IMG/VR virus record: IMGVR_UViG_3300025012_001675 | Span: 1-52,966 of that record | DNA: 52,966 bases | DNA from: a virus | Taxonomy: Duplodnaviria; Caudoviricetes | Direction: 5' to 3' (one strand) | In this document: one piece after another, positions 9,301-18,986 of the stretch | Position numbering within the stretch: position 1 is the stretch's first letter | Layout of the letters: the number at the start of each line of letters is the position of its first letter | Program-made: the position numbers and the translations under genes | The notes under the pieces: model-generated | What the model saw: the letters and a program-made list of their open reading frames with translations, nothing else | What the model was told of the DNA's origin: nothing | The model's database searches: none

Positions 9301-10008
9301 ATCGGCGTTTTCAAATTCCATCAGGTTACGCCCTTCTTTCTCAAAATAATTAACTGGCTTCACTGATTTGATAACTTCTTCCGCGGTCTTCACCGCTTCC
9401 GTGATCGGCTTCGCTTCTTTAGCAATGGCGATGCCTGCTTTTTCCACGAGCTTTTCCCCGCCTTCTTTAATAGCTTGTTCGGCAAGTTTCTTCCCGCCTT
9501 TTTCTACAATGAGCTTAGCGACGTCATCGCCGTATCTTTTGATGAGTTGTTCACCGAGTTCTTCCGCTACTTTCTTCTTCGGAATGCCGGGGACGATATC
9601 AAGTGCGGTCAAGGCAAAACCGAGTGGCAGCCCATACTTCTTTGATGCTTTCTCGCTGCCGCCGAATGTTTTAATTGTTTCTTCTCCGGTTCCGCGTATG
9701 TCCTTAATAGGCTTATCGCCCATAAGGAACTTTTCCAGCTTCGGAGCCACTCCTGTGCCAGGTATAAATTCTTTTTGATCCTGAAGCGAGAGCATCGCCG
9801 AAGCCGCTGCGCGATTGGGGGCACGAAGAACATCTTTGCCAAAATTCAAGACCGCCATTCCGACTGTCTTCGTTGCCCCCGGCAATTCGCGCACAAAGTC
9901 CCGCACGCGTACTTGGTCAGGTACGGGTGCGAAAAAGTCGCCGATAGTCTTCTTTGTTTTCTCGGCCGCTTTCTTGAAAGGTGATGTTATTTTGTTCCAG
10001 AAATTCAT
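6295..10008 (-). CDS. Large internal-virion/ejection protein with LPD38-like C-terminal region
   Basis: ~1237 aa; C-terminal TNQSFFTGGPIVP...PTEQYDEKT...LGVSPMK pattern recalls large polyvalent phage proteins; sits at the end of the virion module. Confidence 0.6.
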   Translation of the reverse strand: MNFWNKITSPFKKAAEKTKKTIGDFFAPVPDQVRVRDFVRELPGATKTVGMAVLNFGKDVLRAPNRAAASAMLSLQDQKEFIPGTGVAPKLEKFLMGDKPIKDIRGTGEETIKTFGGSEKASKKYGLPLGFALTALDIVPGIPKKKVAEELGEQLIKRYGDDVAKLIVEKGGKKLAEQAIKEGGEKLVEKAGIAIAKEAKPITEAVKTAEEVIKSVKPVNYFEKEGRNLMEFENADLSLPELKRKLEIAVEGKEGDELLGLMKKDIEKRESELIDLAKKDKGVSDQGEEFIKAREQAIKEIEAGTPTNRTSAAEGALDSVNSKGHPVIKAGKKVAPPKPRADELTPPPSTPPRISTEVPLSGVPDSPKGSALEAIDGMVGKTSTPKNLLEWIKGAPKKFTEAFSDRFAPIKRFEEMVSDMAGKPIDINSSAYTAARMYAGRMGTVESFLNDLQKVISPLRKERADFTRFVLSRRALERAERGFANPAGVTADTAKQAMDELKTKVGPGIFKQFEAAEQAIQKWADEAILRPAAESGLISKQAYNSIVVKNKHWIPFQVLDYLPDSAFVDSLPKGGEIFSVSKQGIVKGLEGTEKIIRDPFEAIIDKLSNAVNLAKRNDVARKLINIREVLPEAKELIQPLAKDARVPKGWGSISVFVDGKNTKWVVPEELSWAMHQMNEVEAGMLGNFVKFTSGAFRKGATTLYIPFSLSNAVRDAQMAVMTSKYGFNPADWITGFAQGLKGAFGWDSKLLEEFSRDGGGFGGFIQGAREISGVKKQLFEPTWWKRTKAVVNPFNLISNFAEAIELAPRLGVYKRALKGGATGFEAAFEARNATIDFAKAGQEMRIINMWVPFVNARWQALLNTARVFKESPVKASAKAGALIVAPGVTTYFWNSLNFPDLYEDVPRWIKDTYFPIIVGEEKDEQGNRVPKMVLIPKGDVGQIFYNPIEYALDYVRKGEPSNFSKLALEWMSQLAPIPFTRDGELSVTQFLSGAMPPILRTPIELATNQSFFTGGPIVPRRLEQVSPTEQYDEKTPQAAVVVGRALGVSPMKMAYGLGGLLGGFGREAIDPAKILQSTASRFYRSAGGEKRNQAWNLKDEAVVGYSTAREQAKRAIEENDIKTATAIIENWNASAEKILPDILPYLAQDDPQEAQKISSSVTFQPQDIARLQRSVYDEQVGEAERKGTTPQLNLKLTKDSLRSIRTGKEDPLATIGQMFPTEELQQTDLKHMRQGLR

Positions 10009-10015
10009 AGTAGTT

Positions 10016-11110
10016 TTAGACTCCAATACGGAAGAGCCGTCCGAGGAATCCGCCAACGCCTCCTGCGGTTTTAATTCGCCATTCGTCGTCAATTATTTCT
10101 GAGGCCGACTTCTTTGAATCAGTAAACTGGACGCTTCCATATACCTGCTTCAGCTGTTCAGCGTTGTATCCTTCTTTCCAGGCGTCGCGGACTTCTCGTC
10201 TGAAAGTGCTCTCGGCAGTCGTGCCGGATGCCTGGGCCGGAGCTGACGCTTTTTCAGGGGACTGTTTTCTGAGGTATGCGATTTCAGATTCAAGCTGAAC
10301 GGCCAAGTCGCCGCTATAGCCCAATCGAGTCGGATCATTGATGCCTTGACTCATCAAGCGTTCAGCCGTGGCTCTTAGAGATGGGTCGGGCTCCAAGCCT
10401 TGATCTATTCGGGCAGAGAACCTTTCACCAGCCGTGCTGTTGCCGTTCCCGCTGGATGCCTCTTTTGCCCTTTGATCGGCTTCCTGGAGCTTGAGCATAA
10501 ATTCCGCCTCCCAATGCTGATCGTCGCTCTCGCGGTCCAGTTCGCTTCGAAGAGTGTCATTGTAATCGCTCATCTGCTTTGTCAGACTGGCTAGGTTGTA
10601 TTTAAGCTCGTCGACTTCGCGCTCTTTTTCACCCGTCTCAGCCGCCACCTTTTTGGTTACTTCGTCGAGCGTGCTGTTGTATTCCCCCGCAAGACTGTTT
10701 CGCTCGTCCACATAGTTATTGATCGTGGAATTTGCCAGCCGTTCAATCTCCGAAGACTCGCCGGTAATTGTTGCCGCCGAATAGTACGGATTGCGTCGAG
10801 TCTTGCTGATTGACTCGTCGCGAGTTCCTTTTTCACCCGCAATTTTTGAATCGAGATTTGCGATTTTTGTTTTAATGTCCCCAAGGCCGCGCGTGTTGTA
10901 CTCTTGATCGTAGCGGGTCGTGTAATAATTCTTGAGCGCGCTCTGCGCTGAATCCAATTTTTGCTGAGCCGTGCCGATCTGAGTCTGAAGAGACGACAAA
11001 TCGTAGCCGGCCGAGTCTGTTCCATCCGGTGCGTTTGCCGATGTCGGCCTGGCGAAACTTTTGCGAAGATCTGCAAACTGCTTTTCAAATTGTGTCCAGT
11101 CAATAGCCAT
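10016..11110 (-). CDS. Coiled-coil virion (probable ejection) protein
   Basis: 364 aa, helical/coiled-coil, in the structural module. Confidence 0.45.
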   Translation of the reverse strand: MAIDWTQFEKQFADLRKSFARPTSANAPDGTDSAGYDLSSLQTQIGTAQQKLDSAQSALKNYYTTRYDQEYNTRGLGDIKTKIANLDSKIAGEKGTRDESISKTRRNPYYSAATITGESSEIERLANSTINNYVDERNSLAGEYNSTLDEVTKKVAAETGEKEREVDELKYNLASLTKQMSDYNDTLRSELDRESDDQHWEAEFMLKLQEADQRAKEASSGNGNSTAGERFSARIDQGLEPDPSLRATAERLMSQGINDPTRLGYSGDLAVQLESEIAYLRKQSPEKASAPAQASGTTAESTFRREVRDAWKEGYNAEQLKQVYGSVQFTDSKKSASEIIDDEWRIKTAGGVGGFLGRLFRIGV

Positions 11111-11114
11111 AGAT

Positions 11115-11327
11115 TTATATATTTGGTTTGGCTTCCGTGATCCGGCCAGTTTTCAAGTCAATGTCATGCTTTCTGTTCGGATCGAGTCTGTACTTGGGAA
11201 AGCGACTCATGATGTATTGCTGTTTTTGCACTTCTAAAGCCTGCGTGATGAGCTGGTGTTGATGAATAAGCTCCTGCCGTTTGCGGAGTTCTTCAAGGTC
11301 TGTTTTGTCTAATTTTTTTGTAAACAT
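11115..11327 (-). CDS. Hypothetical phage protein
   Basis: 70-aa ORF in operon context. Confidence 0.55.
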   Translation of the reverse strand: MFTKKLDKTDLEELRKRQELIHQHQLITQALEVQKQQYIMSRFPKYRLDPNRKHDIDLKTGRITEAKPNI

Positions 11328-11370
11328 GGTATGGATGCCAATTGTTTTTTAATTGATCGACCTTTTATTG

Positions 11371-12480
11371 TTAGATGTCATCGAACCAAGCGACTGCATG
11401 CCAGCTGAACCCGTTGTAAATCATGAGGCGTCCGCCCGATCCCATTCCGCTCGGACTGGGATCGTAGTACATCTCGCCGTTTGCAGGGCTGGCTGGTTCA
11501 TTTGTTCCGATTCGAAACGATGTTTGGACATCGACGAAGCCACCCGAAATTGCGTTGTTCCCGTAGAGGCGCAGAATGTCGTTTCCGCTCGATGCTTTGA
11601 AGAAGATGCGGTCGTTGATGGTCGTGTCTATGACGAGTGGCCGGTTACCCGAAGTATCGACCCACATTCGGGCGTATCCGTTTGCGCCGTCGTCGAGCAT
11701 CAATCCGTGGCCTGGCCCTGCCTGGATGCCGTAAATCGGTGTCCCTCCTATGTCGCGGAGATAACCGATCCTTATGCCGCCATATGGGGTGGAGAGATAT
11801 CCGGTCGAAGTCAGATTGATTTGCCCTGCTGTGATCTTGGTCGCACTGACGCTGCCGATCTTGGCATCGTCGACCGCGAGGTTGCCTATCTTCGCGTTGG
11901 TGACTGCCAAGTCTTGAATCTTTGCCGCGCTTACGGCCAAGTTTTCGATATTGGCATTTTTTACTTCCGCCGATCCGATCTTTACCGAGGTGATTTGCGC
12001 GTCTCCGATTTTGGCCGTCTGGATTGTTCCATCCACTATTTTCGCGTTGGTGACGATGGCATTGCCGAGATGCGCGTTTTGAATTACACCCGTGCCGACA
12101 TGAGCCGATATGATCACAGCGTCTTCTATCTGCGCGGACAGGGTCACCACCGCTTCGGTTTGGATTAATTTTGATGCGGTAACCGAGCCATTTTTTATTT
12201 TAGCCGTGGCCACCGCAGCATTTGCGAGTTTCTGTTCAGTGACTGCGAGTGCATCAAGATGCTCGGTAAGGATGGCTTGATCGATTATTTTTGCCGAGCT
12301 GACCGAATCGTCAGCCAGGGCAAGAGTTCCGATCGCTCCGGACTTGATCTGTACGGAGTCAATCGATGCGGGTGCGAGCAATGGCGAACTCTGTCCGTCG
12401 TGGGTGTGCGGCGGAACTTCCGGAAATGGCTGATCGTCCACTTCTTGGTTGCCGAATATTTTTTGCAAGAATTCGCTCAT
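11371..12480 (-). CDS. Tail fibre/spike-like protein with 10-residue xAKI repeats
   Basis: Repeats such as VTNAKIVDGT, IQTAKIGDAQ, VSAAKIQDLA; C-terminal NGEMYYD...IYNG..W motif. Confidence 0.65.
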   Translation of the reverse strand: MSEFLQKIFGNQEVDDQPFPEVPPHTHDGQSSPLLAPASIDSVQIKSGAIGTLALADDSVSSAKIIDQAILTEHLDALAVTEQKLANAAVATAKIKNGSVTASKLIQTEAVVTLSAQIEDAVIISAHVGTGVIQNAHLGNAIVTNAKIVDGTIQTAKIGDAQITSVKIGSAEVKNANIENLAVSAAKIQDLAVTNAKIGNLAVDDAKIGSVSATKITAGQINLTSTGYLSTPYGGIRIGYLRDIGGTPIYGIQAGPGHGLMLDDGANGYARMWVDTSGNRPLVIDTTINDRIFFKASSGNDILRLYGNNAISGGFVDVQTSFRIGTNEPASPANGEMYYDPSPSGMGSGGRLMIYNGFSWHAVAWFDDI

Positions 12481-12484
12481 AGCT

Positions 12485-13927
12485 TTATAAGATTCCTATT
12501 GGTTCGAAGTAGGTGCTTGCGGCGACAATCTCTGGCGTGTTATTCCCTGAGGGGTGTAAATCAAACGCCAGTTCGAATGTTTCGCCTTTGCCTTTTTCTT
12601 CTTCCTCCTCATCTCCGGTTTCGACCGTGAACACCACTTTGGTATTGCCTTCTTTGTCAAAGCTGTCTGCTCCGTCTTCGAGGTATGCCTGCTTCCATTC
12701 ACCCTGCTCATTAATGCGGTAATAAGTTTTTAGCCAGCACTGAGAAGGCAGGGGTTTGGTCAGAAGTTTGATGTGACGGAAGCCTTTCTGTAATTCCGGT
12801 TCGCCAGCATCGAAGACCAGTCCTTCATATCGTGCATCGGCTTTATTGTCAGGATCGACTGTATCCACGCCGTATGTTGATCCGTCTTTCCACGATGCGA
12901 AGGGCTGATCTCCGTATACCGTCACCGCGCCAATTTCAACGTCGGTGAGTTTGCCGTGTGAAGGAACATATTCGAGGTTCATCGAATAAGGTTCGTTTTT
13001 GCTTAACCGTCCGTAGGAATACAGTCCGCATTTATCTGAGCCTGTTACTCCCATTAGAGCTACGCCTTTAAGGTTGGCTGCCGCTCCGGGGTTTACCCAT
13101 CCGCCGCCGGGGAATGCTTTGAAACGCAAAATGTTTACCGTGTCCCAGTAGTAGAGTCCCCCGCTGATGCCTGCCTGCACCATGATGAAGTCGGTTTGGA
13201 TCATCGCGTTCACTCCCTTTTCTGCAATCATTCGGCGGAGAATCCATGAGGGTTGCTGCTTATCCCATGTCCACAGCCAGCCTTCTTCGATCTTGTCGCC
13301 TTTGGTCGAACCGATAATCGCGATCTGGTCCTGAGGTAGTAAAGTTTTGGTGCGGTTGCCCGCGATAAGATCGAGTGCTTGATTGTTGAAGTTGCCTTCA
13401 TAATCCACCAGTGCGATGTATCGGCCGTCGCAAATCTGGAGAACGCCAACCGCTATCGTCATGGTGTGCCATGCGGGATCGCCGTTTAATGTGCCGAATG
13501 TTTCCACGCCTCCGGGGAACGAGCCGGAGAACGGAATACGTTTGAGCTTTGTCTCGGTTGCCCAATAGAGATACGGCACGTAGCTTCCGGACCCGTTGTT
13601 ATTGGTGTACTCAGATGCGCCCATGATCTTGCCGTCGGGGTCGGTGTATCTCAGCACCCATGCTGATGCGGGTGTATCTTTGCTGTAGATATTTCCGGTG
13701 TTGCCGAAGCCGTATAATTTTCCATTTGAAGCTGGCACAAAAAACAGAATAAGGTCAGTGACGACACTCCCCGAATCTTTTTCAAGCGCTTGATTGCACT
13801 TCAGAGTGTCCGCGCCATTTCGAATGTCGAGGCTATAGCCAAACCTGAACGCACCAGCCACGCCCTTATAGGCATCGTCTGCGATACCTCCGCGGAAACC
13901 TTTTATTCTGTATGCATTAAGTGCCAT
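12485..13927 (-). CDS. Tail tubular/head-stabilisation protein (podovirus gp10-like)
   Basis: 480 aa, beta-rich, N-terminal GFRGG, follows the adaptor gene. Confidence 0.55.
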   Translation of the reverse strand: MALNAYRIKGFRGGIADDAYKGVAGAFRFGYSLDIRNGADTLKCNQALEKDSGSVVTDLILFFVPASNGKLYGFGNTGNIYSKDTPASAWVLRYTDPDGKIMGASEYTNNNGSGSYVPYLYWATETKLKRIPFSGSFPGGVETFGTLNGDPAWHTMTIAVGVLQICDGRYIALVDYEGNFNNQALDLIAGNRTKTLLPQDQIAIIGSTKGDKIEEGWLWTWDKQQPSWILRRMIAEKGVNAMIQTDFIMVQAGISGGLYYWDTVNILRFKAFPGGGWVNPGAAANLKGVALMGVTGSDKCGLYSYGRLSKNEPYSMNLEYVPSHGKLTDVEIGAVTVYGDQPFASWKDGSTYGVDTVDPDNKADARYEGLVFDAGEPELQKGFRHIKLLTKPLPSQCWLKTYYRINEQGEWKQAYLEDGADSFDKEGNTKVVFTVETGDEEEEEKGKGETFELAFDLHPSGNNTPEIVAASTYFEPIGIL

Positions 13928-13932
13928 AGTTT

Positions 13933-14580
13933 TTAATCCTGCGGATTACAGTTCTTGTAGAGAAAACGCGAGCTTGTTGCCTGCCCGGTGAATCCGGCCT
14001 CTCCGCCTTCCTCGTCCTGGCGGTCTTTTATTTGCTGAAGAATTGCGGTCGCTTCCAGAATCTGCTTGTCCGCATCTGAGCTTCTGTTCGGTTCTTTCTT
14101 TAGACAGATGCCGAGAGCCAGCTTGATGATCGCTTCTTCCATTTCCTCAGGGGTGATCGGTTCGTCTGTGTCATTCACCAGCGGAATCGGACGCCTGCGG
14201 TAGTAGATATCGATGAGTTTGCCGTCTTCAAGCGGTGTGGGCTTGATCAGGTACTGGTCGCCAAGAATGCAGAACACCCGCTCCCACACATGATTTCCGC
14301 TTTGATAATTTTCAACGCTCGTTTTTGCATGCTCTTGGCCGTCGACTTTGATGAACATCATTCCACCCGGTTTGTAGTCGAAGGGGTTGAAGTAAGCCTC
14401 GACATCTTTCTCGGTCAGCTGAGTTGAGTGGTGGTTGAGAAAGTTCCATTTGGCAAAGTTGCATGCCCGAATAATGGATTTATTAATCCATCTTTTTTTA
14501 TCGACTTCACTCCAAAACCCGGTGGTCTTGGCCGCCGACATTCGTGCGTTGAGGTCTTGTAGGAATTCTTGTAATTGCAT
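13933..14580 (-). CDS. Head-tail adaptor protein
   Basis: WIN...YLIKPTP...IYYRRRPIPLVNDTDEP pattern typical of phage adaptors; start MQLQEF. Confidence 0.6.
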   Translation of the reverse strand: MQLQEFLQDLNARMSAAKTTGFWSEVDKKRWINKSIIRACNFAKWNFLNHHSTQLTEKDVEAYFNPFDYKPGGMMFIKVDGQEHAKTSVENYQSGNHVWERVFCILGDQYLIKPTPLEDGKLIDIYYRRRPIPLVNDTDEPITPEEMEEAIIKLALGICLKKEPNRSSDADKQILEATAILQQIKDRQDEEGGEAGFTGQATSSRFLYKNCNPQD

Positions 14581-14585
14581 GGTAT

Positions 14586-16232
14586 TTAGGGAAGAAGCTT
14601 TCCGGTTGTTCGATATCGTTTTACGTACTCGAGTAAATTGTCGCCGGGACAATCAGTGGAATCTGGAGTTTCCCGATGTCCAAGTACCCGCTCTTTTGGG
14701 ATGCCCCGTTCTTTTCTAATCGTGTCGAGGAGTGTTTGGAGGGTGGCTAGCTGTTCTGCGGTTGGCTGTTCGTTTCCGCTTGATGGATGGAAATCTCCGC
14801 ACATTGCTATGCCGACAGAACGGTAGTTCATTTTTTGCGTATCGGCGTGAGCTCCGATCTTGTTTTCCGGACGACCCGCAATGTGTACGCCGATGCCGTC
14901 TAACGCTCCTGCGATCCAATGGTGGTAAGCGATATCCCCCCAGCCGATTCCTATGTGGTTATTTTTTATCGTGCTGAAGTGTGTCGAGTCACGCGGTGTC
15001 GCCGAGTGATGCACGATAATAAATTCCGGGTAATTTGATTTATCGAATTTCGCAATATCTTTTTTCGTTGATCGGAATGTGCGGAGCGTGTCCCACACGA
15101 CCACGAGCTTTGCGGCGAATTCACCGGAGTTTTTCACATAGTCCCAGGGCAGTTTGTATTGGCCGTCCCAGGATGATTGGCTTTCCAGGACAAGACCCAG
15201 CTTGCTTGATGTCGTCCAGCCTTCGCGGTCGACGATCTCTTGCACGATTTCGCGCAAATCAGGCGATTCATACACGCTGTTGGCTGACCAATGAATGCCG
15301 ACAAAGACTCCAGCTACTGTTTCTCCGATAGTCCATTCGGCCAATGCATTTGTTTTTTGCCGAGTCGATGGTCGGTTTGATCCGTTGCTGGCGAACACCG
15401 GAGCATCATCTTCCGCAAATCCTTTAATGATGAGATGCGGAAATCGGTTGTTCTGATCTGCCTGCGTAAGCAGAAGGTAGGCACCGATGATGTTTGCGTA
15501 TCGAGGAACGGCGAGCGAGCTGAATATAAAGCTACCGTCATTTACCGATGGCCCATCATCACCGACAGTTATCACGTTGCCGGTCGGACTCGACTGCCAT
15601 GTGGTCTTATCCGTTTCCATTCCATCGCGGTCAGTGCCAGCGATAGTGCCGATACTTACATTCTTTGTCGTGTACCAGACTTCAAGTTCGGCCTGATAGC
15701 CGTCGCCCTTGCTCCGGTCATAGCAAGTTTCAGCCTGGTTTGAGGAAGATCCGTTGTCTTCTATTGTTAAGGCCAGGGCATTGCCCGGCTTCCATCCGTT
15801 TTGGGCAACAATTTCTTCAATGATCAGTTTGAGGTTTGGTGTCTGCGTCCATTCGTGGACTTCCCATTTCTTGATGATGTGCCACGCGACAGTGTTTACT
15901 GTTTTCGTTCTCTGGCTGGGACGCGAGGTTTGAGTGAATAGTTTTGTATCCGGCTCTTTTATTCCTTTTACAACGAGCTTCACATCCGGGTCTGCGCCGT
16001 CCGTAACCGACGGCCGAATCTTCAACCTGGCCAGGACAATCTTCGAATTTCGCGGAATACTCAGATTGCGAAAACGAAACGCGCCGGAATACACGGAACC
16101 GCTCACGTTACCGAGAGTAATTACGTTGCTGGCATTGCCGTTGCCGTTCCAGGTTGTTGCATCCTGTTCACGGCCGTCATCGACGTTTTCAGCAACTTTG
16201 CTTTGAAACTTGGCAACATAATTCATCGGCAT
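14586..16232 (-). CDS. Virion-module protein: two tandem beta-sandwich repeats plus C-terminal Amidase_2 domain
   Basis: Two ~190-aa internal repeats (DDGRE..NVITLG..FRFRNLSIP / RDGME..NVITVG..FIFSSLAVP); C-terminal IIVHHSAT, YH, GAHA, GH...CPG. Confidence 0.75.
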   Translation of the reverse strand: MPMNYVAKFQSKVAENVDDGREQDATTWNGNGNASNVITLGNVSGSVYSGAFRFRNLSIPRNSKIVLARLKIRPSVTDGADPDVKLVVKGIKEPDTKLFTQTSRPSQRTKTVNTVAWHIIKKWEVHEWTQTPNLKLIIEEIVAQNGWKPGNALALTIEDNGSSSNQAETCYDRSKGDGYQAELEVWYTTKNVSIGTIAGTDRDGMETDKTTWQSSPTGNVITVGDDGPSVNDGSFIFSSLAVPRYANIIGAYLLLTQADQNNRFPHLIIKGFAEDDAPVFASNGSNRPSTRQKTNALAEWTIGETVAGVFVGIHWSANSVYESPDLREIVQEIVDREGWTTSSKLGLVLESQSSWDGQYKLPWDYVKNSGEFAAKLVVVWDTLRTFRSTKKDIAKFDKSNYPEFIIVHHSATPRDSTHFSTIKNNHIGIGWGDIAYHHWIAGALDGIGVHIAGRPENKIGAHADTQKMNYRSVGIAMCGDFHPSSGNEQPTAEQLATLQTLLDTIRKERGIPKERVLGHRETPDSTDCPGDNLLEYVKRYRTTGKLLP

Positions 16233-16234
16233 AA

Positions 16235-16822
16235 CTACGCTTTGCGTAAGGCAATGAGCGGCACGTTCAGACTCCAATCCGTCGGGCTTGCTGTCGGATA
16301 TGTTGCTGGCAGCGCACCGTAGCTTTGTGTTACCGCATAGCCCAGATACGGCGTGCCAGTCAGTCCGTTGTCAAAACCGAGGAATGTCGCCATCGCATCT
16401 GCGGCAGGAATTGCTGCAAGCACGAGTGCAGTGGTGTCTTGGCCTACAAAAGCAAGCCAGTAGAGTTTCCCGCCCTTGAGCGTGAGATTGATCGTGATCT
16501 CTTTAAGCCCCGTGGTATTAACATCCACCTCGCCCGCATCGAGCACGAGCTTTGCCGGATAGACACTTCCGTCGCCTTTGTCTTCGTACACGCCGAGACG
16601 AGCCTTCGGAGTTGTGCCGCTGGCCAAAGTCGTGACACGAATTGCTATCCGATCAAACTTTTGCGTCTTCGGTACAAAGAATGGAAAGGCGCGCAGTGAG
16701 TTTGCAGACGCTGCCGACTGCGTGGTCACTGTTCCGCCTGTCATGAATGGCCCGAAGTATCTGCCGGTTTTTCTGAACCGCAGGAAGCTGAAGTCTCCCT
16801 GTTGAGGAATAAAATCTGACAT
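16235..16822 (-). CDS. Hypothetical virion protein
   Basis: 195 aa, beta-rich (ARLGVY...LYWLAF), structural module. Confidence 0.5.
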   Translation of the reverse strand: MSDFIPQQGDFSFLRFRKTGRYFGPFMTGGTVTTQSAASANSLRAFPFFVPKTQKFDRIAIRVTTLASGTTPKARLGVYEDKGDGSVYPAKLVLDAGEVDVNTTGLKEITINLTLKGGKLYWLAFVGQDTTALVLAAIPAADAMATFLGFDNGLTGTPYLGYAVTQSYGALPATYPTASPTDWSLNVPLIALRKA

Positions 16823-16828
16823 AGGAGC

Positions 16829-17122
16829 TTATTGCTCAACGATCAGCTCGACTTTGTCGCCAGTGACTTCCGCGTCAATGTAGCCCTTGTTCGCATTGCT
16901 GATGCGGAGCTTCACCGCTTCGCCCGGCTCTAGGGTGAATTTCCCCGCCTGAGCCTGGGGTGCAGATTCTCCGACTTTAATCGCGCCGAGATTTGTGCGC
17001 TTTGCCTTTACGACGAGATCGCACCCCTCTCCGACAGGAATGTCGGGAAGCTGAACGGCAGTGCCTGCGCTGGCTACGGTCGCTTCGTTCACCACGAATT
17101 TTGATTTACTTTCTATCGCCAT
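16829..17122 (-). CDS. Hypothetical virion protein
   Basis: 97 aa, VKA...N...VG...LEPGE pattern, structural module. Confidence 0.5.
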   Translation of the reverse strand: MAIESKSKFVVNEATVASAGTAVQLPDIPVGEGCDLVVKAKRTNLGAIKVGESAPQAQAGKFTLEPGEAVKLRISNANKGYIDAEVTGDKVELIVEQ

Positions 17123-17177
17123 ATCGTTGTGCCTTATGTTTGGTTGATAATGGTTCGACCTTTAACGAGCCGAGAGT

Positions 17178-17612
17178 TTAGAACTTTGGCTCTTTCTTTT
17201 TTGTCTTCCCCTCGCTTTTGGTTTCTTTTCCGGATGAGGAGTCTGATCCTTCTTCTTTGCCTTTGAGCGCCATCTCTCTGCGCTTCAGATCTTCTTCTTT
17301 CTCCTTCAATTCAGATTCCTTTTCCGACAACGACTTGGCTTCAAGAGCCGAAGTCACTGCCTTTGTGACTTCCTGATAGTCGATGCCGACAAACGGAGAA
17401 TTATCCAGGAAGTCTTGTTCGGCAGAATCCTTCGTTTCGTAAATGCCATTCTTGAATTCGATCGTTTTTCCTGGACGCGTTATTGCCATTCCGTTGATGA
17501 TCTCGGTTACAGTCGGGATCATTACGATCGCGTAATGCTGTCCGTAACGGGTTGCGTAACGCTTGCTCTTTGTCTTCGGCTTTTCAGCCGTCGATGCTTG
17601 ATTTTTTGCCAT
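17178..17612 (-). CDS. Hypothetical phage protein downstream of capsid
   Basis: Start MAKNQ; IEFKNGIYET motif; charged tail. Confidence 0.55.
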   Translation of the reverse strand: MAKNQASTAEKPKTKSKRYATRYGQHYAIVMIPTVTEIINGMAITRPGKTIEFKNGIYETKDSAEQDFLDNSPFVGIDYQEVTKAVTSALEAKSLSEKESELKEKEEDLKRREMALKGKEEGSDSSSGKETKSEGKTKKKEPKF

Positions 17613-17749
17613 ACAAATTAATGTGAAATTATTTTTGTAATAACCGCGGAATCGACCTTTCATTTTCCGCGGAAAACCCCTCAAGGGCTTTCCACTCGGT
17701 CAGGCGGGTTCGGAAAGCATGCCCGTCCGACCGAGACTTGAAGGATTAC

Positions 17750-18928
17750 TTAAGCGAACTTAACGATTGCGTGACGCTCAGGCTGTTCCATCTGGAGGCC
17801 ACATTCGGTCAGGTACTCGTCTACTCGTGAATCTTCGCCAGGTGCTTGTCGATTCGTGAGAAGCTTGCTGTCACGGTTGGCGAGATATCGGTAGGTCAAA
17901 GCTTCCATGTCTACACCGACACCGCTCTTGCCGTACAGATCCCCCGCAAGCAGATCGTGCTTGATGATGTTGAGCGTGCCGTGCGGAGAAAGATACTTAA
18001 GGATGGTTAATCCAAAAGTTTTTTCTCCTTGCAGTACCTGCAACTTGTCGTGAGCGAATCCGTTGATCTTGTCGATCACGTAACCGGAAGCAAGCAGGTA
18101 TTTCTCGGTGTTGCCGTGAGCGAACAAGATTCTCAGGTAGCTGTTGAAGTCGTCGCGGGTTGCTACGTTGCTGGTGACCTGGCTGATGCGAGGGAGAACT
18201 CCGCCGGTAAATCGTTTCGGATGAGTACCGGAAGTGATGATCTCCTTTTTCCCGAATAGGAAAGCTCGCTCGATGTCCACCAAGTGTTCGATGCCTTTCT
18301 TGCGAATCTGATAGTCAAAGTCGTTCTCCTTTGTCAGGCCCTTGGTGTTGCGTGAAGTTTCAGTGACTCCAATCGTAGTTCGGAAAATCTGGCAGTAGTT
18401 GAGCACTTCAGCGATCGTCGTTCCTTTCATTGTGCGGAGATCCGCACCTTCCTCGTTGGCATTGCCAATGATCCAGACGATATCGTTCTGCTGAAGCAGA
18501 CCGCCGCCTGAACCACCGTCACCGATCTGACGCACAAGAGTGAGCGTGTTGGTTGCCACGTTCGTTACAAGCATGACTTCGCCGGTCGGGTTGTTTGTAC
18601 CCTGGGCCGACTTCACCACGAGTAAGACGTCGCCAATACTGAAGTACGCACCGTTGGTCACAACCAGCGTGACTGCTGCTCCCTGGTTGGCCGCAACGAT
18701 GTCTTCGCGTGCACCGAACTTATCTTCGAACCACTTGAAGTCCGGATCGCTCGTTTCTTTTTTCTTGAGTGCCTTGCCTTGCTTGGTTGCTGGGTCTTTT
18801 CCAGCGTTCGTGAGAATGCCGAGCAGCGGATAACGCGCTACGTCAAGAAGCGAGATTACATCCGCTACGTCGTACTTGCGCGTAACACCCAAGTTCGCGG
18901 TTCCTCTAATTCCATTTGCTGATGACAT
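17750..18928 (-). CDS. Major capsid protein (SU10/DUF5309-like)
   Basis: 392 aa; KWFED, NYCQIFRTTIGVTET, DIERAFLFG, SPHGTLNII, EYLTECGL; follows the scaffold gene. Confidence 0.85.
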   Translation of the reverse strand: MSSANGIRGTANLGVTRKYDVADVISLLDVARYPLLGILTNAGKDPATKQGKALKKKETSDPDFKWFEDKFGAREDIVAANQGAAVTLVVTNGAYFSIGDVLLVVKSAQGTNNPTGEVMLVTNVATNTLTLVRQIGDGGSGGGLLQQNDIVWIIGNANEEGADLRTMKGTTIAEVLNYCQIFRTTIGVTETSRNTKGLTKENDFDYQIRKKGIEHLVDIERAFLFGKKEIITSGTHPKRFTGGVLPRISQVTSNVATRDDFNSYLRILFAHGNTEKYLLASGYVIDKINGFAHDKLQVLQGEKTFGLTILKYLSPHGTLNIIKHDLLAGDLYGKSGVGVDMEALTYRYLANRDSKLLTNRQAPGEDSRVDEYLTECGLQMEQPERHAIVKFA

Positions 18929-18986
18929 ATCTTGTTGTTAGTTGATTAATTAACTGATAGGAGGTTCGACCTTGCTATTTGAGGGT

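Noticed and set aside
11371-12480. Tail fibre as a second DGR target
   Set aside because: Its 3' end shows no similarity to TR by eye; no second VR found in the window.
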